Below, in pieces: positions 38,500 to 49,131 of a DNA stretch of 64,000 nt. The stretch comes from an uncultured Actinomycetes bacterium. GTDB taxonomy: Bacteria; Actinomycetota; Thermoleophilia; Gaiellales; Gaiellaceae. Positions within the stretch are counted from its first letter, which is position 1. The number at the start of each line of letters is the position of its first letter. The notes beneath the pieces were generated by a model that made no database searches, was not told the origin of the DNA, and saw only the letters and a program-made list of their open reading frames with translations. The position numbers and the translations under genes were made by a program. The stretch spans positions 83,740-147,739 of the forward strand of contig CAWFIT010000012.1 in NCBI GenBank assembly GCA_963815965.1. The letters run 5' to 3'.

Positions 38500-38919
38500 T
38501 CACCTCACCTCCTGGATTCGGATCAGGTTCCCCGCAGGGTCGCGGAAGGCGCAGTCGCGGATCCCGTACGGCTGGTCAGTCGGCTCCTGGACCACCTCGG
38601 CGTCGCCGGCCTGCAGTTGCTCGAAGGTGCCGTCGAGGTCGGTGGTGGCCAGGTTGATGCTGGCGTATGTGCCCTTGGCCATCATCTCCGCGATCGTGTG
38701 GCGTTCCTCGTCGGTGACGCCGGGAGTGGCGGACGGCGGATAGAGGACGATGGACGTGCCGGGCTGGTCGGCGGGGCCGACCGTGATCCAGTGCAGGCCG
38801 CCGTATTCGACGTCGGCGCGGACCTCGAAGCCCAGGGTGTCGCGATAGAAGGCCACGGATGCGTCAGGGTCTTCGTGCGGAAGCATGCTCGCGTGAATGG
38901 TGATGTCCATGGCGGTCAC
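38500..38919 (-). CDS. VOC (glyoxalase/bleomycin-resistance) family protein
   Basis: Intact 139 aa. [34 protein letters not shown]. Confidence 0.8.
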   Translation of the reverse strand: MTAMDITIHASMLPHEDPDASVAFYRDTLGFEVRADVEYGGLHWITVGPADQPGTSIVLYPPSATPGVTDEERHTIAEMMAKGTYASINLATTDLDGTFEQLQAGDAEVVQEPTDQPYGIRDCAFRDPAGNLIRIQEVR

Positions 38920-38920
38920 G

Positions 38921-39364
38921 TTAGACGCGGCCGGTGAGCGGCGCTTCTCGATTCCTGACAGGTCTGGTCACTTGCTTCGCGACGCACGGCGGCATCCCCG
39001 CCATAGCGCGCGGCGCCTCGCGGCGGTAGGTGCTTGGCGGCACTCCGACCAACTCGGTGAAGCGAGTGCTGAAGGTGCCCAGCGACGAGCAGCCGACCGC
39101 GAAACAGACCTCGGTGACGCTGAGGTCGCCACGTCGCAGCAGCGCCATCGCGCGCTCGATGCGCCGCGTCATCAGATAGCTGTACGGCGACTCGCCGTAG
39201 GCGAGCCGGAACCGGCGGCTGAGGTGCCCGGCCGACATGTGCGCGCCACGGGCGAGCGCCTCGACGTCCAGCGGCTGAGCGTACTCGCGGTCGATCCGGT
39301 CGCGAACGCGACGCAGCAACGCGAGGTCGCGCAGGTGCTGAGCCGAGGCGGGTCTGCTGTTCAC
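38921..39364 (-). CDS. AraC-family HTH regulator (short form)
   Basis: [93 protein letters not shown] 39364 is my proposed start. The rest of the 625-aa track ORF is antisense to glnS. Confidence 0.6.
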   Translation of the reverse strand: MNSRPASAQHLRDLALLRRVRDRIDREYAQPLDVEALARGAHMSAGHLSRRFRLAYGESPYSYLMTRRIERAMALLRRGDLSVTEVCFAVGCSSLGTFSTRFTELVGVPPSTYRREAPRAMAGMPPCVAKQVTRPVRNREAPLTGRV

Positions 39365-39391
39365 CTGCGAGATCGTGCCAGTATCAACGGC

Positions 39392-41071
39392 GTGAGCGCC
39401 GACAGTCCAGCCACTCCCGAGCGAAGCGATTTCATCCGCGAGATCGTTGCCGCCGATGTGCGTGAGGGCAGGGTCTCCGATGTCGTGACCCGCTTCCCGC
39501 CCGAGCCGAACGGATACCTCCACATCGGCCACCCGAAGGCGATCGCTCTCAACTTCGGGATCGCCCAGGAGTTCGGCGGGCGCTGCCACTTGCGCTTCGA
39601 CGACACCAATCCGATCAAGGAAGAACAGGAGTACATCGACTCGATCCAGCAAGACATCCGGTGGCTCGGCTTCGACTGGGGCGAGCATCTCTACTACGCG
39701 TCCGATTACTTCCAGCAGCTCTACGACTGGGCAGTTCACCTGATCAAGGCCGGCAAGGCCTACGTCGACGACCTCACGGCGGACGAGATCCGCGAGCACC
39801 GCGGCACGCTCACCGAGCCCGGCAGGGACAGCCCCTGGCGCGACCGTTCGATCGAGGAGAGCCTCGACCTGTTCGAGCGCATGCGCGCGGGCGAGTTTCC
39901 CGACGGCGTGAGAGTGCTCAGGGCGAAGATCGACATGGCCTCGCCCAACATCAACCTGCGCGACCCGGTGCTCTACCGGATCCTGCACGCGACGCACCCG
40001 CGGACCGGCGACGAGTGGTGCATCTATCCGCTGTACGACTTCGCACACGGCCAGTCCGACGCCGTCGAGGGTGTCACCCACTCGCTTTGCACGCTCGAGT
40101 TCGCGGATCACCGGCCGCTCTACGACTGGCTGATCGAGAACCTGCCGGTGCCTTCGCAACCTCGGCAGTACGAGTTCTCCCGCCTCAATCTCACGTACAC
40201 CGTGCTCTCGAAGCGCTTCCTGCGCAGGCTCGTGAGCGAGGGGTACGTCCGAGGCTGGGACGATCCGCGTATGCCCACCGTCTCGGCGTTGCGCCGGCGC
40301 GGGTTCCCGCCCGAGGGCTTGCGCAAGTTCCTTGACGCAGTTGGTGTGGGAGGCAAGGGCGCGAGCGCCGTCGAGATCGAGATGCTCGAGCACGACGTAA
40401 GGGACGTGCTCAACCGGACGGCGCTGCGACGCTTTGCGGTCCTGCATCCGCTGAGACTCGTGATCGAGAACTACCCCGAGGGGCAGGTCGAGGAGATGGA
40501 GGCCGTCAACAACCCGGAGGATCCCTCGGCCGGGACGCGCAAGGTGCCTTTCGCGCGCGAGCTCTGGATCGAGCGCGACGATTTCATGGAAGATCCGCCG
40601 AGCAAGTTCTTCCGCCTCGCCCCGGGCCGCGAGGTGCGACTCCGCTACGCCTACTTCGTGACGTGCACCGACGTGGTGAAGGACGCGAGCGGCGACATCG
40701 TCGAGCTCCGCTGCACCTACGATCCGGACACGCGCGGCGGCGACTCCCCGGACGGGCGCCGACCCAAGGGGACTCTGCACTGGTTGTCGTCGGAGCACGC
40801 CGTGCGTGCCGAAGTCCGTCTTTATGACCGCCTCTTCACCCGCCCGGATCCCGGCGCCGACGGCGACCTCTTCGACGACATCAACCCCGACTCGGAAACG
40901 GTGCTCGAGAATTGCCTGGTCGAGCCAGCGCTCGCGCAGCTACCCGTTGGCGAGACCGTGCAGTTCGAGCGCCTCGGCTATTTCTGCGGGGATCCCGATT
41001 CGACGCCTGAGCGGCTCGTCTTCAACCGCACGCTCGGCCTCAGGGACAGCTGGGCCAGGCTCCAGGCGTAG
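39392..41071 (+). CDS. glnS: glutamine--tRNA ligase
   Basis: [45 protein letters not shown] (HIGH), [16 protein letters not shown] (the VMSKR-type KMSKS equivalent), LHWLS, FERLGYF. Collinear with E. coli GlnRS as I remember it. GTG start at 39392, no SD. Confidence 0.9.
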   Translation: MSADSPATPERSDFIREIVAADVREGRVSDVVTRFPPEPNGYLHIGHPKAIALNFGIAQEFGGRCHLRFDDTNPIKEEQEYIDSIQQDIRWLGFDWGEHLYYASDYFQQLYDWAVHLIKAGKAYVDDLTADEIREHRGTLTEPGRDSPWRDRSIEESLDLFERMRAGEFPDGVRVLRAKIDMASPNINLRDPVLYRILHATHPRTGDEWCIYPLYDFAHGQSDAVEGVTHSLCTLEFADHRPLYDWLIENLPVPSQPRQYEFSRLNLTYTVLSKRFLRRLVSEGYVRGWDDPRMPTVSALRRRGFPPEGLRKFLDAVGVGGKGASAVEIEMLEHDVRDVLNRTALRRFAVLHPLRLVIENYPEGQVEEMEAVNNPEDPSAGTRKVPFARELWIERDDFMEDPPSKFFRLAPGREVRLRYAYFVTCTDVVKDASGDIVELRCTYDPDTRGGDSPDGRRPKGTLHWLSSEHAVRAEVRLYDRLFTRPDPGADGDLFDDINPDSETVLENCLVEPALAQLPVGETVQFERLGYFCGDPDSTPERLVFNRTLGLRDSWARLQA

Positions 41072-41112
41072 AGCCTCATCTTCATGCCCGCCGCTAAGGA
41101 AGCCCCGCGCCG

Positions 41113-43026
41113 TCACACGGGCGGCGTCGTCGATCCTCTCGCAAAGCCGATGCGCCGAAGCGCGTTCGTTATCTCTTCGATGATCGCTGGGTCGTCGATC
41201 GTCGCCGGGACCGCGTACTCCTCATCGTCCGCGATCCGGCGCATGGTCCCGCGCAAGATCTTGCCCGAGCGCGTCTTCGGAAGTCGATCCACCACAAGTG
41301 CGGACTTAAAGGCCGCGACCGGTCCGATGCGATCGCGTACGAGCTGAACGGCTTCGCGTACGACTTCCTCTTCAGGATGCTCGACGCCCGCCTTCAGCAC
41401 GAGCAGCCCCACGGGCAACTGTCCCTTGAGCTCGTCGGCAACGCCGATCACGGCGCACTCTGCGACGTCCGGATGTGCGGCGAGGACCTCCTCGATCGCC
41501 CCCGTCGAGAGCCGGTGCCCTGCGACGTTGATGATGTCGTCCGTCCGGGCCATTACGAAGACGTAGCCGGCTTCGTCGACAAAGCCCGCATCGGCGGTCA
41601 GGTAGTAGCCGGGAAATGGATCGAGGTACGTCTCTTTGAAGCGCTCGTCGGCATTCCAGAGCGTGGGTGACGAGCCGGGCGGCATCGGCAGCTTGATGGC
41701 GAGCGCGCCCGTCTCGCCAGCGCGGAGCTCGACTCCGTCGCTGTCGAGCACCGCCAGGTTCCAGCCCGGCACCGCGCGCGTCGGCGACCCGGGGGTAACC
41801 GGCAGATGCTCGATCCCCATGCAGTTGGCTGCTATCGCCCACCCGGTTTCCGTCTGCCACCAGTGGTCGATCACCGGCACGCCCAGCTTCCGCTCTGCCC
41901 ACATGAGCGTCTCCGGGTCGCACCGCTCCCCGGCGAGGAAGAGCGCGCGGAACCCGGAGAGGTCGTAGCGAGCGATGTGCTCGGCTTCCGGATCCTGCTG
42001 GCGGATGGCGCGAAACGCCGTCGGGGCTGTGAAGAGTGTGCAGACTCCGTGCTCCGAGATCACGCGCCAGAAGGCGCCCGCGTCGGGCGTGCCCACCGGC
42101 TTGCCTTCGTAGAGGACGGTCGTGCAGCCGTGGAGGAGCGGGCCGTAGACGATGTAGGAGTGGCCGACGACCCAGCCGACGTCCGAGGCGGCCCAGTACA
42201 CCTCGCCGGGCGCGACGTCGTAGATGTGTTTCATGGTCCACTCGAGTGCCACGGCATGCCCGCCGTTGTCGCGCACGATCCCCTTCGGCTGTCCCGTCGT
42301 TCCCGAGGTGTAGAGGATGTACAGCGGATCCGTTGCCTCGACCGGGACGCACGACGCCGGCTCACTCCCGGCGACAGCTTCCTCCCAATCGAGGTCGCGC
42401 GGTGGGTGAAGGTCGGCCTGGAGCATCGGCCGTTGCAGGACGATGCAGCACGCGGGCTTCGACTCGACCATGTCGATAGCGGCGTCCAGTAACGGCTTGT
42501 ACGCGACCATGCGCCCCGGCTCTATGCCGCAAGACGCGGTCACCACCACCTTTGGTTCGGCGTCTGCGATCCGGCTCGCGAGCTGCTCCGCTGCGAAGCC
42601 TCCGAAGACGACGGAATGAACTGCGCCAAGCCGCGCGCACGCCAGCATTGCGATGACCGACTCCGGGACCATCGGCATATAGACGATGACGCGGTCGCCG
42701 CGCCCAACTCCCTGGGCGGCCAGCGCCCCCGCGAATCGCGCGACCTCGTCTCGCAACTCGCGGTATGTGAACAGCCTCGTCGTCTCCGTGACCGGTGAGT
42801 CGTAGATCAGCGCGAGCTGGTCGGCCCGCCCGCGCTCGACGTGCCGGTCGAGGGCGTTGAAACAGGTGTTCAGTCGACCGCCGCTGAACCAGCGGTAAAA
42901 CGGCCTGCGCGAATCGTCGAGCACGCGCGTCCAGGGGACGTCCCAGTCGATCGCGCGGGCCGCCTCGGCCCAAAACTCCTCCGGCTGCTCGAGCGAGCGC
43001 CGGTAGACCTCGTCGAATCGGGTCAT
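41113..43026 (-). CDS. prpE: propionate--CoA ligase / acetyl-CoA synthetase-like acyl-CoA synthetase
   Basis: YRRSLEQPEEFWAEAARAIDW, ACARLGAVHSVVFGGFA, ILYTSGTTGQPKG, SDVGWVVGHSYIVYGPLL, DHWWQTETGW, RTDDIINVAGHRL, LPKTRSGKILR. Closest to my memory of PrpE; the acs versus prpE assignment is not certain. Confidence 0.8.
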   Translation of the reverse strand: MTRFDEVYRRSLEQPEEFWAEAARAIDWDVPWTRVLDDSRRPFYRWFSGGRLNTCFNALDRHVERGRADQLALIYDSPVTETTRLFTYRELRDEVARFAGALAAQGVGRGDRVIVYMPMVPESVIAMLACARLGAVHSVVFGGFAAEQLASRIADAEPKVVVTASCGIEPGRMVAYKPLLDAAIDMVESKPACCIVLQRPMLQADLHPPRDLDWEEAVAGSEPASCVPVEATDPLYILYTSGTTGQPKGIVRDNGGHAVALEWTMKHIYDVAPGEVYWAASDVGWVVGHSYIVYGPLLHGCTTVLYEGKPVGTPDAGAFWRVISEHGVCTLFTAPTAFRAIRQQDPEAEHIARYDLSGFRALFLAGERCDPETLMWAERKLGVPVIDHWWQTETGWAIAANCMGIEHLPVTPGSPTRAVPGWNLAVLDSDGVELRAGETGALAIKLPMPPGSSPTLWNADERFKETYLDPFPGYYLTADAGFVDEAGYVFVMARTDDIINVAGHRLSTGAIEEVLAAHPDVAECAVIGVADELKGQLPVGLLVLKAGVEHPEEEVVREAVQLVRDRIGPVAAFKSALVVDRLPKTRSGKILRGTMRRIADDEEYAVPATIDDPAIIEEITNALRRIGFARGSTTPPV

Positions 43027-43078
43027 CGCCCCTTCCTGCGCTCGAGCGTATGCCTCGCCTCGGTGGAGGTCAATGGGC

Positions 43079-44452
43079 TTAGACGTCTGCCGCATGGAGG
43101 AGAGGGCAGACGATGTCTTGGTCGTTCTGGACGAACGTGATTGCCTGGCCGGCTTGTTCCTCGGACTCCAGCCGCAGCCTGGTGTCGGTGACGGATGATG
43201 CGAATTCGATTGCCCCGTCGTCGGTCCGGCCGACGAACGCGAACATGATCGGTGCCTGTCCGACGAAGGCCACCTGCAGCCCGTGCCCAGCCGGTGTGAC
43301 CGTCAACTCGAACCCGTCGCGCAGCCGGTACGTCCCGGCGCAGGCGGCTAACGTCGCTGCGTTGGGCCAGTCGGGCTCAACGATGTCCGCTGGGTACTCG
43401 GGCCACGCGTACGCCTCTGCGATCGCAGCGTAGGCGTGTTGCAACAGCCAGCCGCCTGCGTCGCTGTTCGTCATCAGACCCGCGCCGATGCCGCCCTCGT
43501 GGTACGCCAACAGGTGGCAGCGAAAGCCCTCGTTGCCGCCGCTGTGACCGAACCGCGACGCCGGGCCGTCCTCCGCGATGAACGGTCCGAGTCCCACAGC
43601 CGACAGCCCGCCGATCCGATCCGACGCCGTCACTTGAGGCGTCAGCATTTCCCGCGCAAGCGGCTCGGAAAGCAGCGCGCCGCGCCTGCCGGCGTAAGCC
43701 GCCTGCACCGCGAGCGCGTAGCGGCATAGATCCGTTGGCGTCGTCCACAGACCCGCCGTCGCCATCTCCGGATACACGTGCCAGCCGCCCTCGACCGGGG
43801 TGCCGAACTCGTCATGCCCGCTCGCCAGCAGGTCGTGAACGCCCTCCGGCGGCGGCTGCGTGTAGTCGCTGTCGACCATGCCCAACGGGTCCAGCACGAG
43901 CTCCCGCATCAGCGTGGGAAACGGCGTGTGCGTCGCGTCCTCGAGCAGTTGCTGCATCGCGAGCGTGCCCCCGCCGGAATAGCGGAACTGCGCTCCCGGG
44001 ATCGTGTCGACACGCACGCCGAACGTGTTCGCGGGGTGCGCGCCCGTGAGAATCTCGATCGCGCTCGGCAGTTTCGCCGACCGCTTGTACCCGGGGAAGC
44101 CCGATGTCGTGAGCGCGGCCGAGTGGCTGACGAGGTGCCTCAGCGTGACGACCGGCTGCCACTCGCTGTTTCGTGGCAGACGCCAGGACGTCAGCGTGTC
44201 GTTGATGTCCGCATCGAGGTCGAGGAGCCCGCGGTCGACCAGCCGAAGCATGGCCAACGCAGCGACCGGTTTGCTGATCGAACAAGCCTGGAATCTCGTC
44301 GTGTTCGTCACTGGGCGAGACCCTGAGGCGACCTGAACGCCCAACGCGCCGGCGTGCGCAATCTCGCCGTCATTGATCAGCGCCCAACTCATTCCCGGAA
44401 CGCCGAACCGGGCGCGCAACTGTTCGAAGCGCGCCTCCAGCTCTTCAATCAC
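43079..44452 (-). CDS. serine hydrolase (class C beta-lactamase/PBP-like family)
   Basis: Intact 457 aa. RFQACSISKPVAALAMLRLV (SxxK), YSGGG, HSGGNEGF. Confidence 0.8.
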   Translation of the reverse strand: MIEELEARFEQLRARFGVPGMSWALINDGEIAHAGALGVQVASGSRPVTNTTRFQACSISKPVAALAMLRLVDRGLLDLDADINDTLTSWRLPRNSEWQPVVTLRHLVSHSAALTTSGFPGYKRSAKLPSAIEILTGAHPANTFGVRVDTIPGAQFRYSGGGTLAMQQLLEDATHTPFPTLMRELVLDPLGMVDSDYTQPPPEGVHDLLASGHDEFGTPVEGGWHVYPEMATAGLWTTPTDLCRYALAVQAAYAGRRGALLSEPLAREMLTPQVTASDRIGGLSAVGLGPFIAEDGPASRFGHSGGNEGFRCHLLAYHEGGIGAGLMTNSDAGGWLLQHAYAAIAEAYAWPEYPADIVEPDWPNAATLAACAGTYRLRDGFELTVTPAGHGLQVAFVGQAPIMFAFVGRTDDGAIEFASSVTDTRLRLESEEQAGQAITFVQNDQDIVCPLLHAADV

Positions 44453-45092
44453 GACCGAAGCGTATTAGGCGCACAGAGACCAACGCCACCCAGACGAACC
44501 ACGTGGCGGTGGTTGCGCGAACCGCTGCACCGTCGCCGACCGCAGAAAGCACGACGCCGATGACGATCGCTGCCGGTACGGCAGCGATCGTCGGCAGCCA
44601 CGCGTCACGCCAGCGAGCGGCGCGCCGGAACGCGAACGCCAGGATCGGCGGCGCAAGGAGCGTCGCGGCCACAGTGATCCGCGTTTCCATCTTGTGCGCC
44701 GACGCGTGCCACGAGTCGTTCGTGCATCCGCGGTCGATCCCGCGGCAGTCCAGACGGAACACGCCGTCGAAGAAAACCCCGACGCCCGTCACCATCAGCG
44801 CGACCGCGCCGATCCGGCCGACGAGGTCGGGGCTGAGCGCGCGCCAGAGGCCGAGACCGAACAGCACGACGAGGATCCCGGTGAGGTTGTTACCGATCTG
44901 GTTGTAGATCCACGCAGCGTTCGCGGTCATGGCTCCGAGATCGGAGGTGTCGTCATGGGCGGAGCTGTAAGCATCGGGCTGCGCGAGATCTCCCGCGATC
45001 CAACCGACCGTGACAGTGACGAATGCCAGGAGACCGCAGATCCCGGCGGCACGCAAAGGCACTTGGTCACTCTCCGCGCGAGGGCACGACAT
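44445..45092 (-). CDS. DUF998-family membrane protein
   Basis: Intact 215 aa with 6 hydrophobic segments. Its stop overlaps the serine-hydrolase start by 8 nt. The family name is from memory. Confidence 0.6.
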   Translation of the reverse strand: MSCPRAESDQVPLRAAGICGLLAFVTVTVGWIAGDLAQPDAYSSAHDDTSDLGAMTANAAWIYNQIGNNLTGILVVLFGLGLWRALSPDLVGRIGAVALMVTGVGVFFDGVFRLDCRGIDRGCTNDSWHASAHKMETRITVAATLLAPPILAFAFRRAARWRDAWLPTIAAVPAAIVIGVVLSAVGDGAAVRATTATWFVWVALVSVRLIRFGRD

Positions 45093-45525
45093 GACGGTCG
45101 ATCAGGACGAGGTCGATGTCCCACCGACCTTTGCAAGCGGCCCGCCGCACGAGCGCCTGCCCTGCGGCGTACGACCCGGCCGTGAAGAAGACCTCCGCCT
45201 CGAAGCCCTCGTTGTCCATCCCCGCGGGGCGGTAGCCGGCGGCGGTGACTGCATCCTGGATCAGCACCGTCACCTCGTCGATTGGCTTGGTCGTGCCACC
45301 CTGCACCATGATGTAACGCCCGTCTTTGCGGACGCGCGTGACCATTCCGATTTCGTCGAAGGAAAGCCGGGCCGGCATAAGCGCGGTCTCGGCCGGAGGA
45401 GCGGCGCTCGGCGCCCGACACGGGTCACGCGGATCGTCCGCGTTGAGCACTTTTGCGCTCAGAAGGACCAACGCTGCCACCGCAATCCCCACAACCGCCA
45501 ATCGGCGGAAACGACGTTCGACCAC
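45067..45525 (-). CDS. hypothetical exported/membrane-anchored protein
   Basis: N-terminal anchor RRLAVVGIAVAALVLLSA, ordinary composition afterwards. First gene of an apparent minus-strand operon running 45525 to 41113. Confidence 0.5.
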   Translation of the reverse strand: MVERRFRRLAVVGIAVAALVLLSAKVLNADDPRDPCRAPSAAPPAETALMPARLSFDEIGMVTRVRKDGRYIMVQGGTTKPIDEVTVLIQDAVTAAGYRPAGMDNEGFEAEVFFTAGSYAAGQALVRRAACKGRWDIDLVLIDRHVVPSRGE

Positions 45526-45695
45526 TACGTGATCCTTGCGACGGCCCTCCCGTCACGCAGCCGTCGCAGTTTGGAATATTGCCGCTGTCCTCCGACCCGG
45601 CGACCGTGCGTACGTCTGGGGCTGATGCCACCAGGAAGCGCAATCGGCGCGGCGGAATTGGGGGCGCTGGCGCAGCATTCGACTCGGGGGTAGCG

Positions 45696-48053
45696 ATGCA
45701 GAAGAAAAAGTATGTCCCGATTTTTGCCGCCGCGGCGGCGTTCGTAATCCTCTTGGCTGCCGGTGCCGCAGCCTTCATCAAGAGCCACGGGACGGCGCAC
45801 GCACGAACTGCGCTACCGGTCGCCGCGGCCGAGCCGGACGGGGCCGAGGAATGGATGTACCTCCAGCGGGCCAACGCCGACGGCTCGATCCCGGACGAAG
45901 CAGTCAACGCCGCGATCGCGCAGTCCAAGGCGGCGGGCAAGGCGAGCAAGGGCTCGCCGAGCACCGATCAGGTGTGGACCGAGCTCGGGCCGAGCAACAT
46001 CGGCGGCCGCGTCCGCGACGCCGCCGCGGATCCGACCACGCAGGACGTCGTCTACGTCGCCACGGGCTCCGGAGGGCTCTGGCGGTCGAGCGACGGCGGC
46101 GCGACGTTGACGAGCGCGTGGGACAACTATCTGCCGCAGTCGATGGGAGCGGTTGCCGTCGACTCCCGGGGCGTCGTCTGGGCCGGCACCGGCGAGCCCG
46201 ACCACGGTGGCGGCTCGGCGTACTACGGCAAGGGCATCTACAAGTCCACCGACCACGGCGCGACGTGGACCAACATGGGCCTCGAGGACGGCGACACGAT
46301 CGGCCAGATCGTCATCGACCCGCGCGATGACGACCGCGTGTTCGTCGCCGTCATGGGCGCGCTACACGACACCGAACCGACCCGTGGACTGTTCATGACC
46401 GAGGACGGCGGGGCCACATGGACCCGTGTGATCGTGCCCCAGAGCACCTCCACCGGCGCCATCGACGTTGCGATCGACAACAGCAACCCCGACGTCATGC
46501 TCGCAACGACGTGGGACAAGATCCGCGACGAGAAGTCGCGCATCTACGGCCCGCACTCGTACGTCTACCGCTCGACCGACGGCGGCCACACGTGGACGAA
46601 CGTCCAGAACGCCCCACTGCCGCAGAGCGAGACGGACCCCGCGCTGCAGACGCCGGACAACCTCGTCGGCCGGATGGGCGTCGCCTTCAGCGACAGCGAC
46701 CCGAACCGCGCGTACCTGATCTCCAGCACCGCGCGCGGTAACTTCAACGGCTTCTTCACCAGCGCGGATGCCGGCGCTACGTGGACCGCGGTCGGGCCCA
46801 CGTCGGGTGGCACGCTGCAGAACATCAGCGGCGGCTTCGCCTGGTGGTTCGGCGGCGTCTACGTCGACCCCGTCAACCCGCTGCACGTGTTCCTCGACGG
46901 AGTGAACCTGGCCGAGAGCGTCAACGGCGGCCTCACCTGGACGACGTCAAACGCCGTGCACGCCGACCAGCACGGCGTCCATTGGGATCCCCTCACGCCC
47001 GGCAAGGTGTACCTCGGCAACGACGGCGGCTTCTACCAGTCGCTGGTGAACGGGCAGGCCCGCGGGCTGTGGACGAAGACGGCGCGCCTGCCGACAACGC
47101 AGTTCTATGCGATGGACGTGTCCGTCCAGGACGGCGCGCGCGTTGACGCGGGTTCGCAGGACAACGGCTCTGTGAAGTCGTGGGCCGGCGACAACACCGT
47201 CAACGGCGACTGGTTCGGCTTCGTCGGCGGCGACGGAATGATGAACCGGATCAACCCGACCAACGACCGCCGCTACTACGGCTGCTCGCAGAACGGTGGC
47301 TGCCGTGGCTTCGAGGACGGGACCCCGAGCTTCAACATGCGTATCCCGGGCAACCGCGCCAACTGGGTCGCGCCGATCGAGTTCGCCGCCGACCCGCGCA
47401 TCATGTTCGGGGCCAGCGAGTTCGTGTATCGGATGAACACGGATGTCGGTCAACGAACGTGGGTGCGGATCAGCCCCGACATCACCGAGGGCACCGAGCC
47501 GCGCGCTCCCGGCTTCGGAAACGTCACGGCGTTGGGCACGACGCCGGCCGATCCGAATCTCTTGTACGCCGGGACCGACAGCGGTCTTGTCTGGGTCAGC
47601 CACAACGCCATGGCGGATCCGGCGGACGTGACGTGGCAGAAAGTCGAGAGCCCCCTCTTCCCCGGCCGCTGGGTCACCCGCATCACAGTGGACCAGGACA
47701 ACCCGAAGGTCGCGTGGGCGAGCTTCTCGGGCTGGCGTTCGGGAGACGGCTACGCGCATCTCGTGATGACGAGCGACGGCGGCAACACGTGGGTCGACAT
47801 CGCCGGCAATCGCATCCCGCAGGCGCCGGTGAACGACGTCATCCGCCACCCGTCGAAGCCGAAGTGGCTCTTCATTGCCACCGACGTCGGCGTCTTCCGC
47901 ACGACGAACCTGGGTAAGACGTGGCTCAAGGTGGGAGACAACCTGCCGCTCGTGCCGGTCAACGACATCGACCTGCCCGCCGGCAGCGACACGCTCTACG
48001 CCGCGACATACGGTCGCAGCGTCTGGACGACCTCGCTGGCGGACGCTTCCTGA
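45696..48053 (+). CDS. secreted BNR/sortilin-Vps10-type repeat beta-propeller protein (GH74-like architecture)
   Basis: TM/signal VPIFAAAAAFVILLAAGAAAF. Repeated S-x-D-x-G-x-T-W units: SSDGGATL, STDHGATWT, TEDGGATWT, STDGGHTWT, SADAGATWT, VNGGLTWT, TSDGGNTWV, NLGKTWL. Confidence 0.75.
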   Translation: MQKKKYVPIFAAAAAFVILLAAGAAAFIKSHGTAHARTALPVAAAEPDGAEEWMYLQRANADGSIPDEAVNAAIAQSKAAGKASKGSPSTDQVWTELGPSNIGGRVRDAAADPTTQDVVYVATGSGGLWRSSDGGATLTSAWDNYLPQSMGAVAVDSRGVVWAGTGEPDHGGGSAYYGKGIYKSTDHGATWTNMGLEDGDTIGQIVIDPRDDDRVFVAVMGALHDTEPTRGLFMTEDGGATWTRVIVPQSTSTGAIDVAIDNSNPDVMLATTWDKIRDEKSRIYGPHSYVYRSTDGGHTWTNVQNAPLPQSETDPALQTPDNLVGRMGVAFSDSDPNRAYLISSTARGNFNGFFTSADAGATWTAVGPTSGGTLQNISGGFAWWFGGVYVDPVNPLHVFLDGVNLAESVNGGLTWTTSNAVHADQHGVHWDPLTPGKVYLGNDGGFYQSLVNGQARGLWTKTARLPTTQFYAMDVSVQDGARVDAGSQDNGSVKSWAGDNTVNGDWFGFVGGDGMMNRINPTNDRRYYGCSQNGGCRGFEDGTPSFNMRIPGNRANWVAPIEFAADPRIMFGASEFVYRMNTDVGQRTWVRISPDITEGTEPRAPGFGNVTALGTTPADPNLLYAGTDSGLVWVSHNAMADPADVTWQKVESPLFPGRWVTRITVDQDNPKVAWASFSGWRSGDGYAHLVMTSDGGNTWVDIAGNRIPQAPVNDVIRHPSKPKWLFIATDVGVFRTTNLGKTWLKVGDNLPLVPVNDIDLPAGSDTLYAATYGRSVWTTSLADAS

Positions 48054-48062
48054 ATCTGAGCG

Positions 48063-48095
48063 CGACGGAGCGCGGCTCGTCGCCGCGCTCCGTCG
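48063..48095. terminator. bidirectional perfect hairpin between convergent genes
   Basis: CGACGGAGCGCGGC-tcgtc-GCCGCGCTCCGTCG: 14-bp perfect stem, between stops at 48053 (+) and 48106 (-). Confidence 0.5.
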
Positions 48096-48105
48096 GCCTT
48101 CTCGC

Positions 48106-49074
48106 TTACGGGAGGTAGTAGTTCGGGTTCGGCATCTTGAACACCTTGTCCGCGAAGCCACCCTCGAGATCGCTGAACTGGTCGCCGAAGTCGCCGACGA
48201 TGTCATAGCCCTGCGACTCGATGTAGGCGCGCGTACCCGACTTGTACTGGATGGTCGGACACGACGCCGCGGGAGTGGCGTGGATGAACGGCCCGCAGAA
48301 CTCGGGCTTGTCGAGGTAGGCCGGGTACGAGCCCACCGGCGGCTTGGTGAACAGGCCATCGGTAAAGCCGCCGTGGCCGGTGTCGATCGGCGTGGGCGTC
48401 ACGTAACCGGCGTCGATCTCCGGGACCGTCTTCCCGGAAAGGGGCACGGTGTCGATATTCGGCAACCCGGCCGCGGCGTCGTTCACCAGGTTGGCGATCG
48501 TCGCGGCGTGCTGCGAATCGCCCCGCCCGGTGATCCAGAAGATGGAATAACCCAAGGCCTTGGCGTGGCTCACCATGTCGACCATCCCCGGCGTGGCCGG
48601 GAACATGTTCCCGGTGAACACGGGTGGGGTGCCCGTCAGGCCGACGAACTGGGCATTTGTCGTCGGGTTGAAGTCCCAGTTGCTGTAGAGCTCGTAGTTC
48701 CAGGTCGTCAGCGTCGTGTCGTCGACGTCGAGCACGATCGCCCGGTTCGGCACCTTCGAACGTGCAGCCAGCCAGTTGTCGCCCTTCTCGGCGACCGAAC
48801 GCGCCTCGTTCGCGTAGTTGCTTTGCAGGTTCAACGGCGTGTTCCACGTCCCGGTGGCGCCGGATCCCGCAGCGGCCGTTGGAGCGCCGTAGTAGTTCTT
48901 TGCCCACGCCCGAGCGACGTCGATGTTCGTCATCTGCGCCTCGGATTTCGGCGTGAACGTGAGGTCCGCAGGCTGAAGCCCTGCGACGGCAACCGCGGCG
49001 ACTGTCGCCAGTCCCGCGATCAAGAGCCCAAGTACCAGCCACAGCGAGCGCCGCGGCCGCGCAAGACGCTTCAT
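48106..49074 (-). CDS. secreted HAD-superfamily class B/plant-type acid phosphatase
   Basis: Signal/TM LWLVLGLLIAGLATVAAVAVA. AIVLDVDDTTL (DxDxT), IFWITGR, GDFGDQFSDL. Confidence 0.75.
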   Translation of the reverse strand: MKRLARPRRSLWLVLGLLIAGLATVAAVAVAGLQPADLTFTPKSEAQMTNIDVARAWAKNYYGAPTAAAGSGATGTWNTPLNLQSNYANEARSVAEKGDNWLAARSKVPNRAIVLDVDDTTLTTWNYELYSNWDFNPTTNAQFVGLTGTPPVFTGNMFPATPGMVDMVSHAKALGYSIFWITGRGDSQHAATIANLVNDAAAGLPNIDTVPLSGKTVPEIDAGYVTPTPIDTGHGGFTDGLFTKPPVGSYPAYLDKPEFCGPFIHATPAASCPTIQYKSGTRAYIESQGYDIVGDFGDQFSDLEGGFADKVFKMPNPNYYLP

Positions 49075-49131
49075 TCGTAATCCTCCTTTGTCGACTCCCT
49101 AGTCCCGGATCGGGAACCATAACGCTCCGAA

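Noticed and set aside
36805-38937. 710-aa ORF as one acyl-CoA dehydrogenase fusion
   Set aside because: After ~37768 the translation becomes Arg/Gly-rich nonsense that overlaps two good minus-strand genes. A one-base frame change restores the canonical ACAD C-terminus and a stop at 38023.
38921-40798. 625-aa minus-strand ORF
   Set aside because: Only the C-terminal ~147 codons (AraC HTH) are credible. The rest is antisense to the well-supported glnS gene.
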